Positions 10,901 to 22,200 of a DNA stretch of 60,406 nt are shown here, piece after piece. Positions within the stretch are counted from its first letter, which is position 1, and each line of letters begins with the position of its first letter. The translations under genes were made by a program, and so were the position numbers. The stretch is from Basidiobolus meristosporus CBS 931.73 (Eukaryota; Fungi; Basidiobolomycota): the NCBI GenBank assembly GCA_002104905.1, contig MCFE01000542.1:1-60406 (forward strand), read 5' to 3'. Under the pieces are notes generated by a model that had not been told where the DNA came from, did no database searches, and was given only the letters and a program-made list of their open reading frames with translations.

Positions 10901-11164
10901 CCACGGATCTTCAATGAAGGAGATAGAGTCCTAAGGTATATAGTGAGCAATAGAAGAGCGGACAAATTTGCACAACGATGGGAGGGACCATACACAATAA
11001 GAAGAAAGCTACAAAAAGGAGGATACTTACTACAAGATGATCAAGGAGAAGTCCTACAATTTGCAGTAAACATCGATCACTTACGGCCCTATAAAGACTC
11101 CGAGAAGCTGATACCCGAAATAAGCAAGAAAAGCACACATTGCGTACGAATATGGCATAATTAA
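7982..11164 (+). CDS. pol: Gypsy Pol: protease, RT, RNase H, integrase (no chromodomain)
   Basis: Open frame starts right after the gag TGA and contains IDTGANCS (protease, 8033), FLDDII (RT), TTDASKQG (RNase H), HHCC and DDE integrase motifs and a GPY motif. It has no ATG upstream of the protease site. Confidence 0.95.
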   Translation, partial: VARILISINEKQYPVVIDTGANCSIISADLQQKLQLKTQDTCPRQVRNFGGQLLLSKRIVPNVPLSIDHYVLPNSLVVIDQPTCNLLLGMDWIEKYQIQLDFAMKELSFGTPEGRCKIPIITRRKGTEQEEEQISLIMIRPMEKKEKTPKVLVEEKEQIGTLLRKFANIFAEDIKDLGQLRGVRHEINTKLAAPIRQTYYRVSKKENEYIQDEILKMLRNNIIEPSQSPWAAPVALVRKKDGTFRFCVDYRKLNAVTQRDAYPLPRIEELWDALINAKYYSTLDAASGYWQVLMDPGSQEKTAFVTRYGLYEFKVMPFGLTNAPATFQRAMNQAFQDILWKYVLIFLDDIIIYSKTIEEHLTHLESVLTILEEKGLKLKEKKCQFLQQQLRYLGHIITFNGLETDPEKVEKYLSMRPPQNKNEVLSFLQSVGYFRMFIQNFAVVAQPLFQLTRRDNPFTWTEKEQQTFEKLKKLLCNTPILAYPNYEQEFIVTTDASKQGLGAILSQLDEQGKERVIRFASRSTQGAEKNYSSSHLEGLAVVWAVKHFRHYLLGRKFQIYTDHKALISIFNMPNPIGRIARWSMILMEYDFSIHHRRGKNNPADPLSRLCQGDEETATKICTMVQKKSRKRNIRGLLLPYYHAVLLFLQTGKLVENCTKEIRCTIRRLSRKFIERNGKLYLQGQPTREVLPEGRGKEEVQEIHQQCHLGVARTWDLVKQKYSAPQLYETVREVVQECPLCIRYQNKPPPAYLEQEHIACNRPFEVIGIDFMGPIKQTNRGNQYILVCVDYVTRWPLARACKESTTETVVDFLLTEIVPTFGCPSHLVSDQGTQFTSIIFTTLLEKLRIRAHVSTAYRPKSNGRVERLNQSIKRLLGKFTQEIANWDLELTKVLLIYRSTRHEETGYSPAYLLFGYNLTLPDNWQPQEPQLVEDSWKIRLQEIQHTLQEVRITAMTTEKERRQKRILRSIQQPQPRIFNEGDRVLRYIVSNRRADKFAQRWEGPYTIRRKLQKGGYLLQDDQGEVLQFAVNIDHLRPYKDSEKLIPEISKKSTHCVRIWHN

Positions 11165-11878
11165 CGGAAGGAAGTCTCAAAAAGAAAATCTACGTGGAAG
11201 TAGATTAAGAAAGAGCCGGCCATCTGTTACAGAGTAAAGAGTCACTCGATGCTAAGTGACATCAACGCATACAAAGACGACTTAGTAGCCAGGGAAAAAC
11301 AAATCAAAGACAAATCACCAGACTCACAACAAGGTATAAATACCAAACAAGTAACTAAATAAAAAGGGAGTTTTGGTTATAGGCAGAAGAGCGTAGTAGG
11401 AACGAATATTAGTTTGAATATATTTCTACGAAGTCACCACCCTAACCTTTTTAAGAGATATTCTTACACTACCCCGTCAAATCTACAAGATAACATATAG
11501 GTTATCCCTTTTCGTACTCTCTAAAGGACATTACTCTTTAAGTACGTAACAATTAGAAACATTCAAATTTCTGTCACGAATATTTATAATTTTATCTCAA
11601 CAATTTTGCAAAGTATTTGTGCTCTGCTTCTATTCAATGTGCAATAATGGTGAATCCTTGGGCCCATACTACTACTGGTAAAAACGAAGCAACATTAACC
11701 CTGTATAAGTTCAGCATAAGCTTTTTTATATTTATCGTGCTGATTATTGGCCCCGTTATCCATCATGCGCACGTATAGGTGAGCATTCATGGTAGCTAAT
11801 GCATAGGTATTCCAATTGAACATTTAGTCAAAATTCTTGCAATTTGATTTGTTTGTTGAATAAAAAAGGGTAATAACA

Positions 11879-12104
11879 AGCTGTCAGAATGTGCAAACCG
11901 TCCTCGCCAGGCTGTTGGAATAATCAACCGGCAAGTTCATCAACTGAGTAGGTCCTATGGCCCCGAAGGTCCGATCGGTCACTACTCACACTTCCCTTTA
12001 CGGACAGCGCACTACATCTCATCTACCAGCTTGGTATTAGTGTCTTTGTTGGGAAACAAAGACTGGGAATGTACTATATACATAATCCTGTAAAGTACAG
12101 TCGT
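11879..12104 (-). ncRNA. U3 snoRNA (copy 2)
   Basis: Same sequence as 4752-4977 with one substitution seen; same boxes. Confidence 0.85.
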
Positions 12105-12130
12105 GAAGAACAATCGATACACTTGCTCCG

Positions 12131-12138
12131 TATTTATA
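12131..12138 (-). promoter_or_regulatory. TATA box upstream of U3 copy 2
   Basis: TATAAATA at the same offset as in copy 1. Confidence 0.65.
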
Positions 12139-12424
12139 CTTTCTTTCCAAAAATTTTTGCAAGGTCGTTTAGTGAAAAAAAAAAGGATCGATAGAAAACA
12201 TTTTTCATCCCACACATTGTTCTATGAAATGGTAGATTTGAACGAGTTCCACTGCATATTTACGGTCACAGATTCAAGCATGGTTAGGAAATCAATGAAA
12301 AAGTAAGGTGTTTATTTCAAAACGAGTATCTATTATTACTACAAACAAATACATATAAGTGAAGTAGATTATTCAGTGAATCAAGAAATGGTCAGTATAT
12401 GTCTAATATTTGCGACGGTGGTCT

Positions 12425-13319
12425 TTAAAATTCCTTGAACTCTCCGTTAGTCCATGCACACTTCAATTGAACTTGGAATTCGGCCATTTGGACGTAGAAC
12501 AATTTCAAGAGCTGTGCTTGATGTGGGGTCAAAGTATCGCCAACCTTGCAGATGGTGTAATCGACAGGGAGTGTGACGATTCCATTTTTCAAAATGGTTG
12601 GCATACCGAGGCCACGAAGTTGAGGCTCCATGTTATGGGGGAATGGATCGGCACCTCGCTTAACTGGTCCACCTGGAATGACCACCTCGTCAGTAGCAAC
12701 ATAGCCGGAGCGTGGGTAATCTTGCTGCTTATACTCTTGGAAGAACCTAAGCACATGGTTAGAAATCTGGATTCTTGCATATCGCCGGGTAAATTGGTTC
12801 TTACTTTTCAACTTCTTCGACAGATTTGTTGGTGAACAAGAGACCAACGTCTCCGATCAAAGCGTCGGCGATATGGTGGATGTTCTCCTTGTATTCCTCT
12901 TCTTCAGTGTTACCCAAAGCCTTGGCCATAACCTTATTTTTGCCAAAGAAGAATCTACTGGTCTTCCATTCGTTACGAATATCCTTCAGGTAATAGTTTC
13001 TCATGTTCTCCACTGAGAAAACGAAGATATTGTTGTACTCATCCGCGCAAGAACGAATCTGTTGATTGGAGAAGAGACAAAGAACCATCAGTATCTGTGT
13101 CTCGGATATTGTCCAGCTTGTGCAGCTATCGACTCTACACATATTGAAAGCTCAGAGGGTCCAATTACCTGCTCAAAGAGGGCCTCTTTTTCAGCACGAC
13201 CTTTACTTTCGGTCTTGGTCAAGGATACTAAGCAAAAGTAAAGGTTTAGTTTTCTTGGGGCGAATAGTAGCAAGTAGAATCGAGGCTTTACCAATCTTCT
13301 GTCTCTTTGATTTAGGCAT
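12425..13319 (-). CDS. MRT4: Ribosome assembly factor Mrt4 (uL10/P0 paralog), 4 exons
   Basis: Exons MPKSKRQKI / VSLTKT..LFEQ / IRSCADEY..FSVENMRN..FFFGKNKVM..GDVGLLFTN / FFQEY..RSG..LRGLGMPT..LLKLF, joined by GT-AG introns. Confidence 0.95.
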
Positions 13320-13587
13320 GTTAGTTACAAAGGCAGTAGGGAAGGGCCAGTAACAATGGAGTCGAATGTGGATGTATATCTAGTGTCCGAATTTTTTTTC
13401 TGGAAAAAAAATGAATGTCAGTTAACTAGTTGTTACATTAGCCACAATTTGAAGCATCATTATTTTGGCTAGGTCCTCGATTAGAATAATCAGAGTTTGA
13501 GTACTCATTCGTTGATTGTGTCAGTATCCTGAGCACTTGTGTTTCCAGTGTTAGTTTCAAGGATTATCAGAACATAGACGTTACGTT

Positions 13588-14673
13588 ATGAGTCCCAAGA
13601 TATCGGAAATAAGTGGTTAGTTCTAATACACTGCGTCATATCAACAATTATTGCCAGAATTCAAATTATTGTTAGAATAGATTCAGAGGAAGAAGAGTTC
13701 TACGAGTCGTTGGAATATGCAGATGAGCCCAATACAGTGCTAAAAGAGACTCAATTGAAGGAGGTCTCTTCAGAGGACCCCACTGTTGTAGCTGAGAATT
13801 CTACACATGCGATTCCAAAGACAGTGGCCAGCGTCGAAGCTTCTGAGATAAATATAATACCGCCGACGCCGCTCACAGAGGAGGAAATCGAAGTAATTCC
13901 GGTATACAGGAAATACCTTTTCAACAGCTTTTGTCTGACTACTGCTATAGGAACGTGTTCAAGAAGTAGAGAGCTACAAGGCAGTTGGAAACCAGCTTTT
14001 TGGGAGCGGCGAATATGAGAGTGCAGTTGAAAAATACAATCAGGCACTTGAAATATGCCCAAAAGAAAAGCCCTCACTCTTGGCGCTACTTCACGGAAAC
14101 ATCGCTGCTTGCTATATCAAATTGGTACAGTGTGCTATTGGCCTCTGAGCTTCGTAAGCCAGCTCTCTAAATAGATATTCAGGAACGTTTGGAGGACGCA
14201 GTTAGCGCGTGTGATAGTGCACTGGCGCTCGAACCAACCTATGTCAAAGCACTAGTACGAAGAGCCCAAGCAAATGAAAAAATCGGCAAATATTTAGCTT
14301 TGAGCTCAGCTCTAGAAGGTGAAGTCATAGTTCGAATATCCTCATTGTGGCCAATATCTAGGATATCTAACGCAATGGGTAGATTACAAGAAGTTGCTTG
14401 ACATAGCACCCAACTATCGTCGCGAATGTGAACGTGCACTTGTGCGCCTACCACCACGGATAGAAGAGCAGCAAGAGATCGAAAAAGCCGAAATGCTCGG
14501 TAAGCATGGTTTAGTTCATACTATGACTTGAACACGAACTAACACGACGGACTACAGAAAAAGTCAAGGACCTGGGAAATCGGTTTCTGGGCATGTTTGG
14601 CCTTTCAACCGACAACTTTCAAATGCAGAAAGATCCATCCACTGGAAACTACTCTATGCAATTCAAGCGTTAG
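13588..14673 (+). CDS. TTC1-like tetratricopeptide repeat protein (6 exons inferred)
   Basis: TPR exons ([27 protein letters not shown]; [21 protein letters not shown]) and the TTC1-type C-terminus [33 protein letters not shown]. Confidence 0.85.
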
Positions 14674-14807
14674 ACACTTCCAGTCAAGTAATCGCATGTA
14701 ATTGCTCAATTGCCACTAATGCGGGCTAGATTTTAAACGAATAAAAATTGTCTAGTCACATTAATTTCAGTTGGGTGAAATTTCTGCTTGTTGGAACACA
14801 AGTCAGT

Positions 14808-17800
14808 ATGATAGCCACGTTTCGGGCTCCTTGTATCAGGTCCACAGCTGGTCTCTCACAAAGAGTGCTTTTACGCCCAGTTCGAAATTATGCCCAAGTA
14901 AGCAAGCCTAAAAGACCCTTGAATGGGAAGTATCAACCCGTAAGTACGTTATACCTTGAATGGAGGACCGGAAGCTTCTTTTAACTCCTCCCAAATCAGG
15001 CCGAAGTAGAAAAAGGCTGGTATGAATGGTGGGAAAAGCAAGGTTGGTTTGAATCCCTCTGCACCGATGGAGTTCGATTTATTTAGGCGTTTTCTTTGAA
15101 GGGTACTTTTCCCCCACGCACCGGCACTCTCGAGCTGGTGAGCAGAAAATCACCACCGTTTTGACACCTCCTCCGAACGTAACTGGAAATTTGCACATCG
15201 GACATGCGTTAACCTTCAGTGTGCAGGTATATCCCGACCTTTCTGAGTAGGTCGACGCCTTACTCATCGAGATATATGTAGGACTCACTCGTCCGGTGGC
15301 GTCGTATGTGTGGCGAGGCAGTATCCTGGATCCCTGGGACAGATCACGCCGGGATAGGAACCCAGTCGGTGGTAGAAAAGCAATTGATGAAGCAGCACAA
15401 AGTACAAACGATTTCAACCACTAATGGATACTTGCGGTTATTAAAGCTACCCATGTTTGTCTATCCTAGCTCACTAGACACGATTTGGGCCGAGACAAGT
15501 TTATTTCGGAGGTGTGGAAGTGGAAGGAGCTTCATGGGAATAAGATCATTGAGCAAATGAGGAAGATGGGCTCGAGTTTGGATTGGAAAAACGAATTCTT
15601 CACCATGGACGCGCCTCGTACCGAAGCAGTAACCAACGCCTTTATACAGTTCTTCAAAGATGGGCTGCTATATCGCGACACAAGGATAGTGAATTGGTGT
15701 TGTCATTTAGAAACTGCTATTTCTGATATCGAGGTAAGAGCTATGCAGCTCTCGTTCGTGATGCCAAATGCTGATACATCGTGGGTAGGTCGACTATGAG
15801 ACAGTGCAAGGGCAAACTTTCCTTACATTGCCCGGAAGAGAGGACAAGTACGTCGCCTTATAGATGAGTATATGGATAGAGCCTAACAGCATGTTACATA
15901 GAGTGGAAGTAGGTGTACTGCATAAACTTGCCTACAAAGTAGTCGATCCTGTTGGCGATATTGAAGAGTTGGTGGTAGCCACAACTCGTATCGAGACGAT
16001 TTTGGGGGATTGCGCCCTTGCTATCCATCCAGAAGACCCTCGATATAAGGTATGTAGGTGCTAACATCCCAGGAAAGTGGGAAAAATCTAAATCCTATAC
16101 CACAATTAGACATTGCACGGCAAATTTGTGTTGCATCCGGTTCTCAATCAGAAGATTCCTATCATTTGTGACCCTGAGCTCGTTGACCCGGATTTTGGGA
16201 CAGGTGTAGTTAAGGTAGAAGAGTAAATTGACGCCTTGCCTTTTTCTCAAGGCTCATTCACTTCCCCCCAGGTAACTCCCGGACACGATCCTAACGATTA
16301 TGCCTGTGGTCGCAGACACAACCTTCCGCTTACCAGCATCATGGATAAAACCGGAACATTCAACGAACTGTGTGGAGTCCGGAAGTATCAGGTATTTTAA
16401 AATATCGGCGGTCTTCTCGAGTACAAGAATTCACGAGCCCACTTTCACCAGAACAAGGATAGATACATTGTTCGAAACGAGATAGTGGAGGACTTAATCA
16501 GCTCAGGCGCGTATCGTGGAAAGGATGTCAATCACGAGATGAGGATTTCGCGATGCTCTCGCTCGGGAGACATAATCGAGCCCATGGTTCAGCCGCAGTG
16601 GTATGTTTGTTGAAGCAATCGGGTGTGGATATGCGATAGAAAGATTTGGTCGAGTAACGTATTTAAATAAGGTTCTTAAATTGCCAAGAGATGGCCAAGA
16701 CTGCAATCAAGAATATGGATAACGGCTCCATGAATATCACTCCCGGTCATCATAAGCCTGATTGGTATCGCTGGCTGGGTAAGGCAGTGGTCGAGAGCTT
16801 CACTTCTGGGATTTTCAACTCATCAGGGTTTAGAGAATATTCAGGACTGGTGTGTGTCGCGGCAACTTTGGTGGGGCCACCGGATACCTGCATACAGACT
16901 CATCTTCAATGACCCAGAGATTCGCAAGGTTATTCAAGGCTCCGCCTCATCGAACGAACTCTGGTTTGTTGCTGAATCAAAAGAAAAAGCCGTTGAACAA
17001 GTGTCAGATTTCCTGAACCAGCACAAGATCTCGAACCAAACCGATTATTCGCTTGAACAAGTGAGTTCATGCAGTCCAAACGCTCATGATCAGACAGACA
17101 TTAATTACACTTGAGTTTAGGACGACGATGTGTTGGACACTTGGTTTTCATCCGCATTGCTTCCCCTTTCGGCACTCGGTTGGGATGGAAAGTCCAAATC
17201 TTTGGTAGAGTTATTCAAGATAGCGGTTGTTATCGAGTGGATATTCAAATAGTATTTTGCGAGTAGGAAAATTATCCCACCGCGTTTATTGAAACAGGAT
17301 TCGATATTCTCTTCTTTTGGGTGGCTCGTATGGCTATGTTATCGACCTACTTCTCGGGCTCTCCTCCTTTCAAGGACATTTATTTGCACGCTATGGTACC
17401 GTTGACTGTGATGCATCGATTCCAGCATTTATTTACTGGTGAATATTAGATACGCGATTCGCAGGGAAGAAAAATGTCCAAGTCGTTAGGGAATGTAATT
17501 GACCCTCTGCACGTTATCAATGGGATATCCTTAAATGAGCTAAGACAAGCACTACACAGCGGGAATCTTGCATCCGAAGAGATAAAGAGGTAATTTAGAT
17601 GTTGTGTTGGTGTAATCTCATTCCTGACCCATTAATGAAATCCAGGAGTGAGTCGGTGATGGAGAAGGAGTTTCCGGACGGGATTCCAGCTTGTGGGACT
17701 GATGCGTTGAGGTTTTCACTTGTCTCTTACACACAACAGGTTTGGCCAACCCATAATACCATATCAGACTGCCTGCTCACCATTTCTTCCAGACGAGACA

Positions 17801-19038
17801 GATAAACATGGACATATCCAATGTTACATCCGCCCTTCATTTTGGAAACAAGCTTTGGAATTTATGCAGATTCTCGTTTGGCCGATTTGACACCTTACGC
17901 GAATATGTGCCGCCAATCTCGGACTCGTTGGCGGTCCCTTCGATTACCAAGCTTGAGGAGCAACCGTTGGTGAACAAGTATATCCTTTCTAGGCTAGCCG
18001 ACACCGTTCGAAAAACCCATTCGGCCATGTCCGAATACCAGTTGCACCAAGCGACCGATTCGATCCGCAGATTCGTAGTCAACGATTTATGCGATGTGTA
18101 CCTAGAATTTAGTAAACCGACGTTGTACGGTAAATCCACTATCGAGGTACACTGCTGTCCGGTGCTATTGGCTGTCCTTCCTTTTGCTAACCCCAAATCT
18201 AGGAGCAACGCTCTGCGACCTTAATCCTGACCACGTGCCTGGACACATCATTACGGTTACTTCATCCATTCATGCCATTTGTAACAGAGGAGCTGTGGCA
18301 AAATCTGATAGCACACACCAATCCTGAGTCCTCGACCCAGCCCGAATCATTAATGGTTACTGAATTCCCCGCACCAGAGAAGTTCGGGGCATTCTATGAT
18401 GAGCAAGTAGAGTCCGAAATGCAGGTAAAGCAGCCCCTCTTAAACACAGCTAGGTGATTTCCCAGCTAACCCGAATGTGTCGGTGCAGATCATATTGTCG
18501 TTGATCCATGCGTCGCGCTCGTTAAGGCAGACCCAACATGTTTCCATCTCCCAGGAATTACCCTTCTCCGTCTGGACCGACCAGCCCGATTTGCTAGGCC
18601 CACTTCGGAGATATTCCTCGGAGCTCCAGAATTTCGTCAAAGCGACCTCTCTGGAGATCGTTCATGGCCAAGAGGCCGAGATACCTAGCGATGTGGCCGT
18701 CTCCACGATCTCGCCCAACCTGAAGGTGTTCGTGCCTGTGAGCGCATTGAAATCCGTGGGAAGTAACTCGAAGGTCCAAGGGGAGATCGATCGAATCAAA
18801 CGGAAAATGGCCAAGATCACCAAGGAGATCGAGGACCTAGAGGATAAGATCAACAAGCCTGAATACGAGGTCAGAGTACCAGAACGTGTCAAACTCAGCA
18901 ACAGGTAAGTGGCACACTGTCTGATTATTACCAGCATGCCCGAGCTGAAACATCTTTCTCTCACCCAGCAAACGACTAGCCATGTTCAAAGAGCAGCTGA
19001 CCAGTTTCCAAACGAACCTGGGACTATTAGAGAAGTAG
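14808..19038 (+). CDS. Valyl-tRNA synthetase, probably mitochondrial; many introns
   Basis: [60 protein letters not shown] and KMSKS motifs; Arg/Ser-rich N-terminal presequence; C-terminal coiled coil. Exon borders were not all verified. Confidence 0.93.
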
Positions 19039-19236
19039 ACGGACTGAGTGGTCTCCAAGTGGTAGATGTTGCTCCATTCATTTCATACCAAGTTGGTATT
19101 GCATTCAGGTCGAAAATCAAGCCATGAATAATATTCAATCCTCCACAATCACGTTTAGCAATCACGTTTATTTCTACCTCAATTCTATTTCCAAAATCAT
19201 TGGTTGTTCATGAGTTCAGGGTTGTGTAGCGGTGGC

Positions 19237-22200
19237 TTAAGCCCAGTCACAGATGATGGAGCCCTCGAAACTCTTGCATACAGTGCCAACTGCACAGGTG
19301 TTTCTAAGTAGCTCGCCGTTCGCACAAACCGTGAAGAGTCTGGATTTACCAGAGTCAACACATTCGTAGGTGCCATTGATGCAGCTGGCTTCAGTGGGCT
19401 TGGGGGAGTGAGAGTGGGGAGTTACCGTCACTGTGGTAGTAATGGTGATAGTGTTGGGATTAGGGATGCAGGAGGGTGGTGCGATGGAGGTGGTAGGATG
19501 AGAGGTGGCGCTACCAGACTTGGATTCGTCAGTAGTGTGGGCAGTGATATGAGAATCCTTGTGAGCTTCAGTGGTTGCAGAGGCCTTGTGGGTTTCTTTG
19601 GGTACAGTTGCTTCGGAAGTCTCAGTGACCTTGTGAGACTCGGATGATTTGGTACCCGTTTGAACCACGGTAGACTTGGGGGACTCGTGAGTCTCAGAAG
19701 CCTTAGGAACGCTGATAGTCTCATGTTCCTCGTGAGATTTGACAGTCTCGGTAGTCTCAGTTGGCTTATGGGTCTCATGACTCTCGGTGGTTTCCATCGA
19801 TCTGTGGGCAACGGAGGTCTCAGTGGATTTGTTGGATTCCGAGACTGCCTTGGCCTTGCTGGAAACAGAAGTCTCAAAGGATCTGTGAGAGTCGGGAGTC
19901 TCGGTTGACTTATGGGCGGTGTGGTGTTCAGTATCCTTGTGAGACTCGGCAGTCTCAGTTGGCTTGTGAATGTTACCAGTCTCAACGGTCTTGGAGGTTT
20001 GGTGGGATTCAGAAGTCACGGTAGGTTGGTGAGATTCCACAGTGTCCACTGGTCTATGGGTGTTGCTGGTCTCTGAGGTCATGTGGGATTGGGTAGTCTC
20101 AGTGGCCTTGTGCGATGAAGTGATCGCATTTGACTTGTGAGCGCTGCTGATCTCAGAGGCTTTGTGAGCCTCGGATGTAGGGACTGATCTGCGGGACTCC
20201 AAAGTATCAGTTGATTTATGGGCATCACTAGTCTCCGAGGTCATATGAGACTCAGTGGCCTTGTGAGATCCAGAAACCACTGTTGGCTTATGAGATTCTA
20301 CGTTTGCGGTGGATTTGTGTGCTTTCGTTGAGTCGGTTGACTGGTGAACAGTCTTGGGCTCAGTATCCTTGTGAGATTCGGTGGAATGGTGCTTTCCTGT
20401 GGTCTGAGCAGTATGTTGTGATTCAGTTGCTTTAGTGGAGCCATGGGGTTTCGTAGTCACCACAGAGCTGGAGGAAGCGGAGCTATCAGTAGCTTTGCGA
20501 GACTCGGTTGCCTTGGATTTACCAGTAGAGCTATGGGAGCTAGATGTTCCGGAAACCAAGTGGGATTCGGTTGGTTTTGGTGCCTCATGGGATGTGGTGT
20601 CACTGGGAGTGTTGTGAGCAGTAGAACGTTCATCTGACTTGGAATGCTCATCTGAGGCTGATTGACTGGGAGTAGACTTGGATTCAATGATCTCAGACGT
20701 GCTAGCCGTAGACTTCAAAGCCTCACTAGAGCTATGCGAAATGGGTGTTTCAATAGCCTTGTGGGACTCGGTTGATTTGAGGGTCTTGTGGGATGCGGAG
20801 TTGTGAGTGGTGCTATGAACACTCGAAAGTTCACTTGACTCGGAATGCACACTTGGAATATTGGATTTGGGGGTCTCGCTTCCGGAATGAGATTCAGTAT
20901 GTTGATGAGTGTAGGACGTGGCGCTCCCATTGCTCGATGGGGTTGCCTGGCTCGAGTTAACCTTACTGGACATGGAAGTCTCAAGGTGCTTATGACTGTC
21001 TGAATGAGATTCAGTGTGATGCTGACTCGCCGACTCGATGCTCTTGGCAGATGAGTGAAGTGCGTAACTTGAAGTAGCCTTGCTGGACACAGAGGTCTCG
21101 ACATGCTTCTGGCTCTTTGATTCACTGCTCTTAATCGGTGTAGAGCTTTCATGACCAGTCTTCGACTCGGACTTTGCTGTCGCAATTGTGCTAGACTCGG
21201 ATTTCGAAGTGTCACTAGAACTATGCGACACGGTTGACACGGCTGACACGGTAGCCTTATGGGTCTCTGTTGCCTTTGTGCTCTCATTGGTTGTGGAGTC
21301 GTGAGTGGGGCTGTGTGTAGTCAAGCTACTAGTAGCGTGGCTTGAGGATGGCTTGCTGGATTTCTCGATGGTACTATGTGACACGGATGTGATGGTTGCC
21401 TTGTGAGACTCAGTAGATTTGGTTGTCTCGTGGGATGCGGAGCTGTTCGCGACGCTGCGAGCACTCGAATGATCAGTTGATTCTGAATGAGCACTTGATG
21501 CAGTGGACTTGGGTGCTTCAGTACTAGAATGGCTTTCTGTTGGCTTGACTACCTTCTTGTGCTCGTTGTACCACTTACAGATCTCGGCTTGCTGTCCTTC
21601 TGCCTCCATCATGGCAAAGAATCCACAGTCGTTGCTTACAATACACTCCAAGTTGTCTTTGAGGAACTGACCATGGCCAGGATTGCTATCATCACAGAGA
21701 CATGAGAACGAGTCAACAAAGTTGGGGCTGTGAATGTCCTGAGTGTACTTGGACCAGCACTTCTTGCCCGCCTTGAGCGAGCAGTCAGTAATGCACTTGT
21801 TGGGAGGTGGGAAGGGGAAGTAGTTGGATGGTCTGGGAATCCAGGTAGGCTGAGCATCAGTGGTTGTTGGGGCTTCTGAAGTCTCGGAGCTCGCTGAGGA
21901 GCCATGCGCTGCAGAGGTGGTTGTGGTGCTGTGAGATACGGGGGCCTTGCTCTCTGAGTGAGACTCGGTGTGATGCTGACTCGCCGCCTCGATGCTCTTG
22001 GCAGATGAATGAGGTGCGTAACTTGAAGTAGCCTTGCTGGACACGGAGGTCTCGACATGCTTCTGGCTCTTTGATTCACTGCTCTTAGTCGGTGTAGAGC
22101 TTTCATGACCAGTCTTCGACTCGGACTTTGCTGTCGCAATTGTGCCAGACTCGGATTTCGAAGTCTCACTAGAACTATGCGACACGGTAGCCTTATGGGT

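Larger units (their letters stand above)
6450..11551 (+). mobile_element. Full-length Ty3/gypsy LTR retrotransposon (family A)
   Basis: Two 327-bp LTRs (6450-6776, 11225-11551) identical by eye, TG..CA ends, 4-bp TSD ATTA, PBS after the 5' LTR, gag plus PR-RT-RH-IN order. Confidence 0.98.

Noticed and set aside
11217-11225. CGGCCATCT just before the gypsy 3' LTR matches the tRNA-Leu 5' region
   Set aside because: Only 9 nt; plausible by chance, with no further extension.
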